A stretch of 63,801 bases of DNA, counting the filler, from Thermodesulfobacteriota bacterium (GTDB lineage Bacteria > DASVDK01): assembly GCA_036381125.1 (NCBI GenBank). It is 7 parts of 7 records of this genome, joined end to end, with 100 filler letters (N's around TTAATTAATTAA, not from the genome) between each part and the next. Parts side by side here need not be neighbours in the genome. Positions count along the whole stretch, not along the records: positions 1 to 13,589 come from DASVDK010000181.1; positions 13,690 to 19,942 come from DASVDK010000184.1; positions 20,043 to 33,787 come from DASVDK010000185.1; 4 more parts are not named here. One strand, 5' to 3'. Below are positions 9,852 through 20,062 of the stretch, piece by piece; the first letter of the stretch is position 1, and each line of letters opens with the position of its first letter. The position numbers and the translations under genes were made by a program. Under the pieces are notes generated by a model. That model worked only from the letters and a program-made list of their open reading frames with translations, made no database searches and had not been told where the DNA came from.

Positions 9852-10241
9852 ATGGCGAAAAAGATCGGGCTCGAGCAGCTGGTGGAGATGATGGCGGACC
9901 AGATCCGGGACGGCGTCACGGCCAACGTCCGGGGCCTCCTCGACGACCAGCTCCGGCGCATCGAGGCGTTGGTGAAGAGCGGGCGGCTCGCCGGCAACGG
10001 CGGCGTTCGCCGGCGCGGGAGGCCGCGCAAGGCCGCGCAGCGCGCGTCCGGTACGAACGCGGCGATCGAGAAGCGGCGCAAGAGGGCGCTCGAGATCGTC
10101 CTCGCCTCCTCGGACGGCATCACGAGCGTCGACGTGGCGAAGCGGATGCGCGTGGACGCCCGCGGGGTGGGCAAGCTCCTCGCCGGCCTGGCCCGCGACA
10201 AGGCCGTCAAGAAGGACGGGCGCCTCTACTTCCCGGCGTGA
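9852..10241 (+). CDS. small basic DNA-binding protein (AT-hook-like RGRPRK plus C-terminal winged HTH)
   Basis: N-terminal amphipathic helix, RRRGRPRK, then GITSVDVAKRMRVDARGVGKLLAGL..KKDGRLYF (wHTH-like pattern). Confidence 0.65.
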   Translation: MAKKIGLEQLVEMMADQIRDGVTANVRGLLDDQLRRIEALVKSGRLAGNGGVRRRGRPRKAAQRASGTNAAIEKRRKRALEIVLASSDGITSVDVAKRMRVDARGVGKLLAGLARDKAVKKDGRLYFPA

Positions 10242-10266
10242 TGCCGGTCGCACGGGGGCTCGGCGA

Positions 10267-10770
10267 ATGTCGGCTCGGCGCATCGAGGTCGTCGTCGGCG
10301 ACCTGACGGAACAGGCGGTCGACGCCATCGTCAACGCGGCCAACACCGAGCTGGAGCTCGGCGCCGGCGTCGCCGGCGCCATCCGCAAGAAGGGCGGTCC
10401 GACCATCCAGGCGGCGTGCCGGCGCATCGGGCCCATCCCCCTCGGCGAGGCCGCCGTCACCGAGGCGGGGCGCCTGCCGGTCCGCCACGTCATCCACGCG
10501 GCCAGCATGGGGCCGTCGATGCCGACCACCGAGGCGTCGCTGCGCGACGCGGTCCGCAACAGCCTGCTGCGCTGCGTCGAGTACGGCATCCGCACGGTGG
10601 CCTTTCCCGCGATCGGCACCGGCGTCGCCGGCTTCCCGATGGCGCGCTGCGCCGAGATCATGGTCGACACCGTGCAGGCCCACCTGGCCCGCAACGCCCT
10701 CCCCGAGCAGGTCCGCTTCGTGCTCCTCGACGAGGCGGCGGCCGCGCACTTCCGGGCGCAGCTCGGCTGA
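10267..10770 (+). CDS. macro domain protein (YmdB/Appr-1-p family)
   Basis: GDLT..VDAIVNAAN, GAGVAGAI and AFPAIGTG motifs. Confidence 0.92.
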   Translation: MSARRIEVVVGDLTEQAVDAIVNAANTELELGAGVAGAIRKKGGPTIQAACRRIGPIPLGEAAVTEAGRLPVRHVIHAASMGPSMPTTEASLRDAVRNSLLRCVEYGIRTVAFPAIGTGVAGFPMARCAEIMVDTVQAHLARNALPEQVRFVLLDEAAAAHFRAQLG

Positions 10771-10786
10771 CCATGCTCGGCGTTGG

Positions 10787-10816
10787 TTGACAGCCCCCTC
10801 CGCGGGCCGCTACACT
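10787..10816 (+). promoter_or_regulatory. sigma70-type promoter for tRNA-Arg
   Basis: TTGACA-18 bp-TACACT, about 20 bp upstream of the tRNA. Confidence 0.6.
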
Positions 10817-10835
10817 CGCAGGTCCTGACCCTTAC

Positions 10836-10913
10836 GCGCCTGTAGCTCAGCCCGGATAGAGCGCCGGCCTCCGAAGCCGTAGGTCGCGTGTTCAAATCAC
10901 GCCAGGCGCACCA
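10836..10913 (+). tRNA. tRNA-Arg(CCG)
   Basis: GCGCCTG/CAGGCGC acceptor stem, anticodon loop CT-CCG-AA, GTTCAAATC T-loop, encoded CCA. Confidence 0.93.
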
Positions 10914-10978
10914 TTCCCCTTGAGGACAGTCCGTCCCCGCTCCGTCCCGCCCCCCGAGCCCGCTCGGGGGCCGGGGCG

Positions 10979-10994
10979 TGGCACGCCCGTTGCT
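10979..10994 (+). promoter_or_regulatory. sigma54 (-24/-12) promoter
   Basis: TGGCAC-GCCCG-TTGCT upstream of the patatin gene. Confidence 0.65.
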
Positions 10995-11031
10995 TTGCGC
11001 TTGGCCGTAAGCCGGGCGAAGGGAGGGCGCC

Positions 11032-11964
11032 ATGCGCGCGGTACGGGTGGGACTGGCACTGGGCAGCGGGGCGGCGCGTGGCCTCGCGCACATCGGCGTC
11101 CTCGAGGCGCTGGTCGAGGCGGGCATCGCGCCCGCGGCGGTCGCCGGAACGAGCATGGGCTCGCTCGTCGCCGCCCTCTACGCCAGGTGGCTCGACCCCG
11201 GCCGCGTCCGCGAGCACCTGCTCGGCGCCTTCCGGAACCCGGCCTTCACCCGGATCCTCGGCAGCTACTGGGAAGGGGTGCGGGCGGCGCGACGCTCGGC
11301 CGGCATGCGGCAGCGGCTCGGCGAGCTCAAGCGGGCGTTGCTCCGGGCCACGGTCGTCGCGCGCCCGTCCATGGTCTCGCGGGCCCAGTACGCCGGCCTG
11401 ATGCAGCTCCTCGTCGGCGCGGACGAGCCGCTCGAGACGACCCGCATCCCCTGCGTGGCCGTCGCCGCGGGCCTCCGGAGCTGGCGCGAGCGGATCCTCG
11501 TGGGCGGCTCCACGCAACGCGCGGTGGCCGCGTCGTGCTCGGTCCCGGGCATCTTCCCGCCCATCCCCGACGGCGACGACGAGCTGGTCGACGGCGGCAT
11601 CCTCCTGCCCGTGCCGGTCACCCCCGTGCGCGCGCTCGGCGCCGAGTTCGTGATCGCGGTGGACGTCGGCACGGAGGAGCTGACCGAGACGGCCGCGATC
11701 CCCACCGGGCTCGACATCGTGCTGCGCAGCGCGTCGATCTCGCGCGACGCGCTCGCCCGGATCGAGCTGGCCCGCGCGAACCTGGTCATCGCGCCCGATG
11801 TGACGCACCTCGACTGGTTCGACTTCCACCGGGCGGAGGAGGCCATCGCGCGCGGGGCCGAGGCGACGCGCCGCGCCATCGAGCCGTGGCTCGGCCGGCT
11901 GCGCGCCCGAGGGGGCGCCCCCATCGATGGCCCGCCGGGCGGTCGCCAGGCGGCCGCGGGCTAG
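11032..11964 (+). CDS. patatin-like phospholipase
   Basis: GSGAARG, GTSMG nucleophile elbow and DGG motif. Confidence 0.92.
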   Translation: MRAVRVGLALGSGAARGLAHIGVLEALVEAGIAPAAVAGTSMGSLVAALYARWLDPGRVREHLLGAFRNPAFTRILGSYWEGVRAARRSAGMRQRLGELKRALLRATVVARPSMVSRAQYAGLMQLLVGADEPLETTRIPCVAVAAGLRSWRERILVGGSTQRAVAASCSVPGIFPPIPDGDDELVDGGILLPVPVTPVRALGAEFVIAVDVGTEELTETAAIPTGLDIVLRSASISRDALARIELARANLVIAPDVTHLDWFDFHRAEEAIARGAEATRRAIEPWLGRLRARGGAPIDGPPGGRQAAAG

Positions 11965-11990
11965 GGTCCTCGGGGCCGCTGGCCCCGAGG

Positions 11991-12006
11991 CGGTACGGCG
12001 GTTGCT
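11991..12006 (+). promoter_or_regulatory. possible sigma54 promoter
   Basis: CGGTAC-GGCGG-TTGCT (GG-N10-GC) upstream of the 25-aa ORF. Confidence 0.45.
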
Positions 12007-12043
12007 GGAAAAGCCAGGAGGGAGGACCGGAAGGAGGTCCGTG

Positions 12044-12121
12044 ATGGGCTACATCATTGCCTGGCTGCTCGGTGTCCCGGCCGTCGTGCTCGCGATCATC
12101 TGGCTCCTGAACAACGGGTAG
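12044..12121 (+). CDS. 25-aa single-TM small protein
   Basis: Strong AAGGAGG RBS; MGYIIAWLLGVPAVVLAIIWLLNNG. Confidence 0.65.
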   Translation: MGYIIAWLLGVPAVVLAIIWLLNNG

Positions 12122-12407
12122 TGCGCCGTGTCGGAGCGCCGCGACCGCGACCCGCCCGAGCCGGGCCCCGAGCCGGCATCCGGGGGGACCCGCGCGCCGG
12201 ACGCGGGTGGAGAGGCAGCCGGCACGGCTGGAGGCCCGGGCGCCCGATCGAAGGAGGTCCGCCAGGATCCTCGCACGGGAAAAGGCGAGGACGAGCCGCC
12301 CGAGAGGGGTCGCCAGGACCCCTTGCGGCGCGGGCCTCCCGCCTGATTTTCCGACGCATCTCCGCCGTCTTCGGGTACACTTCGACCGAGGGCCCGGGAG
12401 GGGGTGC

Positions 12408-12917
12408 ATGGCGCTCGATCCGGCGCGACTACGAGACGTGATGCGGCGCGTGCCTCAGCCCGTCGTCGTCGTGACGGTGCGGGCGGGGGACGAGGTGCGC
12501 GGCATGACCGCCGCGTCGTTCACGTCGGTCGCCTTCGCGCCGCCCCTCATCTCGATCGACGTGAAGACCGGCGCCCGTACCCACCGGCTGATCTCCGAGG
12601 CCGGCGCCTTCAGCGTCAACATCCTGGCCCACGATCAGGGCCACCTGGCCGAGCGTTTCGCGCGCCCCGACCTCGAAGGGGCCGAGCAGTTCGCGGAGGT
12701 GCCCCACATCGCCCCGGACGGGGCCGCGCCGCTCATCGAGGGGGCGGTCGGCTATCTCAGGTGCCGGGTCACGGCCGGCTACCCGGGCGGGGACCACACG
12801 ATCTTCGTCGGCGAGGTCGAGTGCGCCGAGGTCGGGCGCGACGCCCCGCCCCTCATCTTCGTCGCGCGCGACTACCACACCACGGGCGGGCGGGTGCCGG
12901 GCCGTGGCCACGGCTAG
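12408..12917 (+). CDS. flavin reductase-like protein
   Basis: GMTAASFTSV, FSVNIL and GDHTIFVGEV motifs. Confidence 0.92.
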   Translation: MALDPARLRDVMRRVPQPVVVVTVRAGDEVRGMTAASFTSVAFAPPLISIDVKTGARTHRLISEAGAFSVNILAHDQGHLAERFARPDLEGAEQFAEVPHIAPDGAAPLIEGAVGYLRCRVTAGYPGGDHTIFVGEVECAEVGRDAPPLIFVARDYHTTGGRVPGRGHG

Positions 12918-13589
12918 CGGGCCCGCCGGCTCGCGGGCGTTCGTGGCGGCGGCGGTTGCCGTGCTGCCGGTGCTCATTGCCGGCGGTGTGGCGCTGGTCC
13001 TCGCCGCGCGCCGCGAGGCGGCGCGGGCGACCGCGGCGGCCGAGACCGCCGCGACCGTCGCCGCTGCCGCGGCCGACGTGCGCCTCGACCTCCTGCGCGC
13101 ACGCCTCGACTCGCTTGCCGCCGACCCCGAGACGGCCCGTTCGGGTGACGCCGCGACGCTCGTGCGCGCTCTCGCCGAGGAGCCGGCCTTTGCCGCCATT
13201 CACCGGATCGGCGCGGACGGCACCCCGCTCGCGGCGGCGCCGCCGGTGAGCGCGCTCGACCGGTCCGCGCTTCGCCTCGAGGCGCCCATCGGCGAGGCGC
13301 CGGGCGAACGGCTCGTCGCCACCGTCTCGCCCGACGCGCTCGTCGCCCCGCTGGCCGAGCGGCTCGACGCGCCGGCCTTGCCGTCCGCGCTTCCGGTCGG
13401 CACGCGTGTGCGGCTCGTGCGGGAGGGGACGCCGGCGTCCGGGTCCGACTCTCCGGTCGCGGCCGAGGCGCCGCTCGGCCATGCCGGGTTCAGGGTCCGC
13501 GTCGAGCTTCCGGCGGCTGCCGGCCGGGCCGCGGCCTTCGGGCGGCTCGGCGCCGGCCTCCTCGGCCTCGCCGGCGCCGCCGCCGCCGG
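12904..13589 (+). CDS. membrane protein with extracytoplasmic domain, probable sensor N-terminus (truncated by gap)
   Basis: TM, then a periplasmic segment, then the start of a second TM at the contig end. Confidence 0.45.
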
Positions 13590-13689
13590 NNNNNNNNNNN
13601 NNNNNNNNNNNNNNNNNNNNNNNNNNNNNNNNNTTAATTAATTAANNNNNNNNNNNNNNNNNNNNNNNNNNNNNNNNNNNNNNNNNNNN
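13590..13689. other. artificial contig linker
   Basis: N44-TTAATTAATTAA-N44 (stops in all six frames). Confidence 0.98.
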
Positions 13690-13754
13690 GCCAGCGCCTG
13701 GACGCCGCCGAAGCGCGCGTCCACCCCCTCGACCGCGAGCAGGGGGGCGGTCAT
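13690..13754 (-). CDS. branched-chain amino-acid ABC ATPase (LivG-like), N-terminal fragment
   Basis: MTAPLLAVEGVDARFGGVQAL; follows the LivM-like gene. Confidence 0.75.
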
Positions 13755-14728
13755 TGTCTCGGCTCCGCCGCGGCGGCGGGCGGCGCCGCGTTCGGCGCCG
13801 CCGCCGGCCCGGCCGGCCGGCGGCGGCCGAGCCAGGCCGCCGCCGTCGGCACGATCCCCTTGGGCATGAAGACCACCACGGCGAGCAGGATGACCGCGTA
13901 GACGACGAGCCGCCACTCCTGGGCCGCGCGCAGCCACTCCGGCAGAAGGGTGAAGAGGATCGCGCCGAGCACCGGCCCGGCGAGCGTTCCCTGACCGCCC
14001 GCCACGACCATGATCACCATGGTGACCGTGTACCCGAACGAGAAGACCTCGGGCGACATGAAGGCCTGGTGATGCGCGTAGATCCCGCCCGCCACGCCGG
14101 CCATCCCGGCGCTGAGCGCCGAGGCGACCACGAGGTGCCGGTAGACGTCGATGCCGATCGAGCGCGCGAGCGGCTCGTTCTCCCGCAGGGCGACGAGCGC
14201 CCGGCCCGTGCGGGAGCGGACGATCCGGTGGCAGGCGACGAGGCTCGCCGCCGCCAGCGCGAGCGCCGCGAACCAGGCGGACGTCTTGCTGCCGAACGGC
14301 GTGATCCCCGGCAGGCCGAGGGGGCCCTGCGTGACGTCCATCCAGTTGAGGGCGATCAGCCGGATCACCTCGGCGAACGAGACGGTCAGGATGACGAAGT
14401 ACGCCCCCCGAACCTTGAAGGCGAGCCCGCCGATGACCAGGCCGGCCGCGGCCGCCAGGGCCCCCCCGGCGGCGAGCCCGGCCCAGATGGGCGCCCCGAG
14501 CTCGAGGTTCGCGAGGGCCGCGGCGTAGGCGCCGAGACCGAAGTAGGCCACGTGCCCGAGCGAGAGCTGCCCCGCGTACCCCAGGAGCAGGTTCAGCGAG
14601 AGGGCGAGGGCGGCGTAGAGGGCCGCCATGATGGCGAGGTGCAGCGCGTAGCCGCCCGGCGCGAGCCACGGCACCGCCAGCGCGAGGACGGCCGCCGCCG
14701 CGAGGAGGACCGGGCGCAGCGCGCTCAT
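13751..14728 (-). CDS. branched-chain amino-acid ABC permease (LivM-like)
   Basis: GYAGQLSLGH, RENEPLARSIGID and GGQGTLAGP motifs. Confidence 0.92.
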   Translation of the reverse strand: MSALRPVLLAAAAVLALAVPWLAPGGYALHLAIMAALYAALALSLNLLLGYAGQLSLGHVAYFGLGAYAAALANLELGAPIWAGLAAGGALAAAAGLVIGGLAFKVRGAYFVILTVSFAEVIRLIALNWMDVTQGPLGLPGITPFGSKTSAWFAALALAAASLVACHRIVRSRTGRALVALRENEPLARSIGIDVYRHLVVASALSAGMAGVAGGIYAHHQAFMSPEVFSFGYTVTMVIMVVAGGQGTLAGPVLGAILFTLLPEWLRAAQEWRLVVYAVILLAVVVFMPKGIVPTAAAWLGRRRPAGPAAAPNAAPPAAAAEPRQ

Positions 14729-15597
14729 CCGATCCGCCCCGCGCGCCCGAAGAGCCCCTCGGGGCGCACCAGCAGGACGAGGATGATCATCAGGAAGCCG
14801 ACCGCGTCCTTGTAGGCCGAGGAGACGTAGCCCGCGCCGAGGCTCTCCGCGACGCCGAGGGTGAGCCCCGCCGCCGTGGCGCCCGCCACGTTGCCGAGGC
14901 CGCCCATGATGACGACCGAGAAGGCCTTGAGCGACGCCAGGTCGCCCATGGACGGGTAGACGACGAAGACCGGGCCGAGCAGGGCGCCCGCGGCCGCCGA
15001 GAGCCCCGCCCCCAGGGCGAAGGTGATCGTGTAGACCCGGTCCACCGGGATCCCCATGAGCGCCGCCGTCCGGCGGTCCATGAAGGTGGCGCGCATGGCG
15101 CAGCCCCACCGGGTGTGCGCGAGCCCCAGGTGGACGAGGACGATCGTGGCGGCGGCCGAGAGGAACACGAAGACGTAGATCGGCTGCAGGAGGATCGGGC
15201 CGACCTCGATGGGGAAGGGCGAGAAGGGGTTCGGGATGCTCTGCGGGATCCCGCCCCAGATCGCCAGCTCGAGGTTCTGCATGAGGATCCAGAGCCCGAT
15301 CATGACGAGCATCGTGGTCTCGATCGACTCGGCGCGCAAGGGCCGCAGGACCGTGCGCTCGACGAGGGCGCCGAGCACGACGCCGCCGACGACCGCGCCC
15401 GCGAGGCTCGGGTAGAAGGGGAGGCCCGCCTTCACCAGCAGCGCGTACGTGCCGAAGGCGCCGGCCGCGTAGAACTCCCCGTGGGCGAAGTTGACGACGT
15501 TCATGATCCCGAAGACCAGCGTGAGGCCGATCCCGAGGAGGGCGTAGGTGCCCCCGAGCATGAGGCCGTTCACGAGGTGCTGGAGGAGCGTCTCCAC
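14725..15597 (-). CDS. branched-chain amino-acid ABC permease (LivH-like)
   Basis: GLTLVFGIMNVVNFAHGEF and RPEGLFG motifs. Confidence 0.93.
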   Translation of the reverse strand: METLLQHLVNGLMLGGTYALLGIGLTLVFGIMNVVNFAHGEFYAAGAFGTYALLVKAGLPFYPSLAGAVVGGVVLGALVERTVLRPLRAESIETTMLVMIGLWILMQNLELAIWGGIPQSIPNPFSPFPIEVGPILLQPIYVFVFLSAAATIVLVHLGLAHTRWGCAMRATFMDRRTAALMGIPVDRVYTITFALGAGLSAAAGALLGPVFVVYPSMGDLASLKAFSVVIMGGLGNVAGATAAGLTLGVAESLGAGYVSSAYKDAVGFLMIILVLLVRPEGLFGRAGRIG

Positions 15598-15604
15598 GTC
15601 CCGG

Positions 15605-17734
15605 TTACCTCGCCCCGCCGGCCTGGCCGGCCGGCACGATCAGGCAGTCGAGGGCACGCACGCCGCGGCCCTCCTCGAGCACGGCGGCCGGGTTGATCTC
15701 GACCTCCGCCACCCGGTCGCGGAAGTCGGCCACGAAGCGGGAGACGGCCGCGATCACCCGCGCGACGGCCGCCAGGTCGCCCCGCGGCCGGCCCCGGAAG
15801 CCGGAGAGGAGGCGGAGGGCCCGCGTCTCCGCGAGCATCTCGAGCGCCGTCGTCTCGCTCACCGGGGCGAGGCGGACGGCCGCGTCCCGGTAGAGTTCGA
15901 CCAGGACGCCGCCGCCGCCCGCGACGACGACCGGCCCGAAGTCGGGCTCGACCCGGCCCCCGACGAGCAGCTCGGCCACCGGCCGCACCATCTCCTGCAC
16001 GAGGAGCGCGGCCGGCGCCGCGCGGCTGCCGAGCATCGCGCGGGCCGCCTCGCGCACCTCGGCGTCCGACCGCAGCCCGACCTCCACGAGCCCGGCCTCG
16101 GTCTTGTGGAGGACCCCCTCGGCGATCCCCTTGAGCACCACCGGATAGCCGAGCGCGCGCGCCGCCGCGACGGCCTGGTCCGCCGTCGCGACGACGGCCT
16201 CCCGCGGCCCCTCGATCCCGTAGGCCTCGAGGATCCGCCTGGCCTCCGGCTCGGTCGGCGGCCGCGAGGGGGGAACGGCCGCCAGCCGGCTCGCGGCGGC
16301 GCCGGCGGCGGCGCCGTCGCGGACGCCGGCCTCCTCCCCCGATGGGGCCGCGGCCCATCGCGCCAGGCGAGCCACGGCGAAGAGCCCTTCCTGCGTGCCG
16401 CGCAGGCAGGGCGCCCCGGCGTCGCGCGCCGCGGCCTCGAAGGCCGGGTGCAGGTCGCCCGCCAGGTTCGAGACGACGACGAGCGGCTTGCCGGCGGCCG
16501 CCGCCCCGGCGGCCACGCCGGTGAGGACCGCGGCGTATCGCGAGGCCTGCTGGGGGCCGAGGCCTCGCGGCGCGTCCTGGAGGAGCACGAGGAGCCCCAC
16601 GTCCGGCTGCGAGCCCAGGATCTCGGCGCACCGCCGCGCGACCGCGGGGTCGTAGAGGCCGGCCCAGGTGAGGTCGAGCGGGTTGCCGACGTTCGCGAAC
16701 TCCGGGAGGATCGCCTCGAGGGCGGGCCGCGCCCCGTCGAGGGCGGGAAGCTCGAGGCTCGCGGCCTCGGCGACGTCGAGCGCGAGCGCGATCTCCCCGC
16801 CGGAGGGGCTCAGCATCGCCACGCCGGTCGCCGCCGGCGCCCGCGGGGAGGCCGCCGCCAGGACGGCGGTCTCGATCAGCTCGTCGAGCGAGGCCACGCG
16901 GATCACCCCGGCCGCCCTGAACGCCGCGTCGCAGACCTCGTCGCGCCCGGCCACCGCGCCCGTGTGCGCGGCCGCCGCCAGGCGTCCTCGCTCGGAGCGC
17001 CCGGTCTTGAGGACGATCACCGGCTTGCCGAGCGCGCGGGCCTTGCGCGCGGCGGCCACGAACCGATCGGGCCGGCGCAGTTGCTCGAGGAACGCGACGA
17101 CGACGCGGACCTCCGGGTCTTCCGCGAGGACGTCGATGTAGTCGGCCGCCGTCGTGACCGCCTCGTTGCCCGACGTGACCAGGTAGGCGAGGCCGAGCCC
17201 GCGGTCGGCATTGAGGAGGGCGATGCCGGCCGAGCCGCTCTGCACCACGGCCGCGACCGGACCGGGGGCGATCCGCTCCGGCAGGGCGGTGCCCCAGAGG
17301 GCCGAGCGAGCGGCCGGGCCGATGAGGCCGAGGCAGTTCGGCCCGCAGACGGCAAGCCCGCTCGTCTCGGCGACCGCGACGAGGCGCGCCTGCGCCGCGG
17401 CCCCCTCGGGGCCCGCCTCCGCGAAGCCGCCGGTGAGGACGGCGGCGCCGCCCGCGCCCTTCGCCGCGGCCTGCTCGAGGACGGCAGGCACCGCCTCGCG
17501 CGGGACCGCCACGAACACCGCGTCGATCGGCCGGGGGATCGCCTCGACGGAGGGGAACGTCGGCCGATCGAACAGGCTCGTCCGCTTCGGGTTCACGAGG
17601 AAGACCTCGCCCTCGTACCCGACCTGCTCGAGCGCGCGGAACGCGTTGAAGCCGGGGCCCACGCGGTCGGACGCGCCGACGATGGCGATCGACTTCGGGG
17701 CGAGCAGGCGCGCGAGGCCGGTCGGGCCCGGCAT
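15605..17734 (-). CDS. ADP-forming acyl-CoA synthetase (acetate-CoA ligase family)
   Basis: PKSIAIVGAS, GPNCLG, SGNEA, AHTGA phospho-His, GNPLD and a C-terminal ATP-grasp (HKTEAG, EINP). Confidence 0.92.
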   Translation of the reverse strand: MPGPTGLARLLAPKSIAIVGASDRVGPGFNAFRALEQVGYEGEVFLVNPKRTSLFDRPTFPSVEAIPRPIDAVFVAVPREAVPAVLEQAAAKGAGGAAVLTGGFAEAGPEGAAAQARLVAVAETSGLAVCGPNCLGLIGPAARSALWGTALPERIAPGPVAAVVQSGSAGIALLNADRGLGLAYLVTSGNEAVTTAADYIDVLAEDPEVRVVVAFLEQLRRPDRFVAAARKARALGKPVIVLKTGRSERGRLAAAAHTGAVAGRDEVCDAAFRAAGVIRVASLDELIETAVLAAASPRAPAATGVAMLSPSGGEIALALDVAEAASLELPALDGARPALEAILPEFANVGNPLDLTWAGLYDPAVARRCAEILGSQPDVGLLVLLQDAPRGLGPQQASRYAAVLTGVAAGAAAAGKPLVVVSNLAGDLHPAFEAAARDAGAPCLRGTQEGLFAVARLARWAAAPSGEEAGVRDGAAAGAAASRLAAVPPSRPPTEPEARRILEAYGIEGPREAVVATADQAVAAARALGYPVVLKGIAEGVLHKTEAGLVEVGLRSDAEVREAARAMLGSRAAPAALLVQEMVRPVAELLVGGRVEPDFGPVVVAGGGGVLVELYRDAAVRLAPVSETTALEMLAETRALRLLSGFRGRPRGDLAAVARVIAAVSRFVADFRDRVAEVEINPAAVLEEGRGVRALDCLIVPAGQAGGAR

Positions 17735-18519
17735 CAGATGTCCTCGAAGCGCGGCTCGCGCTTCTCGAGGAATGCCGCGAGCCCCTCGCGCGAGTCGGGG
17801 TGCTCGAAGACCTGCCGGCAGAGTTCCTCCTCGTAGCGGACCATCTCGTCCCAGCCGTGCCGCAGGTTGTACGCGACCGCCTTGCGGGTGGCGAGGATGG
17901 CCTGGGGGGAGGCCTTCGCGATCCGCTCGGCGGCCGCTGCGGCCTCCTCCCGCAGGCGGGCCGCCGGCACGACGCGCGACACGAGGCCGAGGTCGCGGGC
18001 GGTCGCCGCGTCGAAGTTCTCGCCCAGGAGGAGGAGGTCGAGCGTCCGGTTGCGGCCGATGAGGCGGGGGAGCCTGAGGAGCCCCATGCCCCAGCTCGGG
18101 ACGATCCCGAGGTAGGCGTCGCCGGCCCGGAAGACCGCGTTGTCGGCCGCGATCCGGTAGTCGCAGGTCCAGGCGAGCGCGGTACCGCCCCCGATGCAGT
18201 AGCCATGCACGGCGGCGACGATCGGCTTCGGGAAGCTCTCGATCCGATCCAGGGTCCGCCGCCCGTACTCGCGGAAGGCCCTGGCGACCGCGGCGTCCCT
18301 GAACTGCGCCTCCTCGCGGATGTCGGCGCCCGCGCAGAAGGCCCGATCGCCCGCGCCGGCGAGGACCACGCTCCGGATGCGCGGCTCGCGCTCGACGGCG
18401 TCGAGGGCGCGGTGGAGGGCGTCGAGCATCGGGGTCGACATCGGGTTCATGGGGGGGCGGTTCAGCGTGACGGTCGCGTACCGCTCCGCCAGGTCGATCG
18501 TGACGAGGTCGTCGGTCAT
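17734..18519 (-). CDS. enoyl-CoA hydratase/isomerase (crotonase) family
   Basis: LNRPPMN, FCAGADI, PKPIVAAVHGYCIGGG and AFLEKREPRF motifs. Confidence 0.92.
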   Translation of the reverse strand: MTDDLVTIDLAERYATVTLNRPPMNPMSTPMLDALHRALDAVEREPRIRSVVLAGAGDRAFCAGADIREEAQFRDAAVARAFREYGRRTLDRIESFPKPIVAAVHGYCIGGGTALAWTCDYRIAADNAVFRAGDAYLGIVPSWGMGLLRLPRLIGRNRTLDLLLLGENFDAATARDLGLVSRVVPAARLREEAAAAAERIAKASPQAILATRKAVAYNLRHGWDEMVRYEEELCRQVFEHPDSREGLAAFLEKREPRFEDI

Positions 18520-18548
18520 TCCACTCCCTTTCCCGCAAGACGCCTGGA

Positions 18549-19321
18549 TCACACGTTGCGCCGGTCGAGCCGTTCCGGCTCCGCCCAGAAGACGACGGAA
18601 CGGTGGAGCGTCCGCACGGCGGCGTGCAGCGTCGTCCCCATCAGGGCGAGGACGATCAGCACGGCGAACATCCCGGCGATGTCGAGGTTGAAGTTGAACT
18701 GCAAGAGGAGCGTGCCGAGCCCGCGCTTGGCGCCGATGAACTCGCCCACGAGCGCGCCGGTGATGCTCAGCACGATGCCGACGTTGAGGCCGGCGAAGAT
18801 GAACGGCAGCGCGTTCGGGAAGCGGACGATCCGGAAGATCTGCCACTCGGAGGCGACGAGCGACCGCATCAGCTCGAGCTTTCCCGGGTCGACCGTGGAG
18901 AAGCCGATCATGGAGTTGATCAGCACCGGGAAGAAGGCGATGATCGTGGCGATCGCGATCTTCGAGCCGATCCCGAAGCCGAGCCAGACGACGAGCAGCG
19001 GCGCCAGGGCCACCTTGGGGAGCGCCTGGAGCCCGACGAGGTAGGGGAGGAGCGCCCGCTCCACGAGGGCCGACCGGGTGATGAGGGCCGCGCAGACGAC
19101 GCCCGCGACCGAGCCGAGGGCGAAGCCGGAGAGCGCCTCGGTCAGCGTGTAGAGGAGCGCGTCGAGGATGAGGCCCCGCCCGATCTGGGTCCAGAGCGCC
19201 CCGAAGACGAGCGAGGCCTTCGGGATCAGGAGCTGCGGCAGGCCGATGGCCGGCGGCAGCAGCTCCCAGACGAGGAGGAGCGCGAGCCCCACGACGACGG
19301 CCGGCCCGTACTGTCGCGCGA

Positions 19322-19325
<4 letters not shown>
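18549..19325 (-). CDS. NitT/TauT/SsuC-type ABC permease
   Basis: QALPKVALAPL and GALVGEFIGA motifs. Confidence 0.9.
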
Positions 19326-19942
<617 letters not shown>

Positions 19943-20042
19943 NNNNNNNNNNNNNNNNNNNNNNNNNNNNNNNNNNNNNNNNNNNNTTAATTAATTAANN
20001 NNNNNNNNNNNNNNNNNNNNNNNNNNNNNNNNNNNNNNNNNN
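19943..20042. other. artificial contig linker
   Basis: N-run with TTAATTAATTAA. Confidence 0.98.
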
Positions 20043-20062
20043 CGCCGGGTGCGCGGCGGCGC

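Noticed and set aside
13590-13689. TTAATTAATTAA motif recurring six times
   Set aside because: It is an artificial scaffold linker inside N-runs, so neighbourhoods across linkers were not interpreted.
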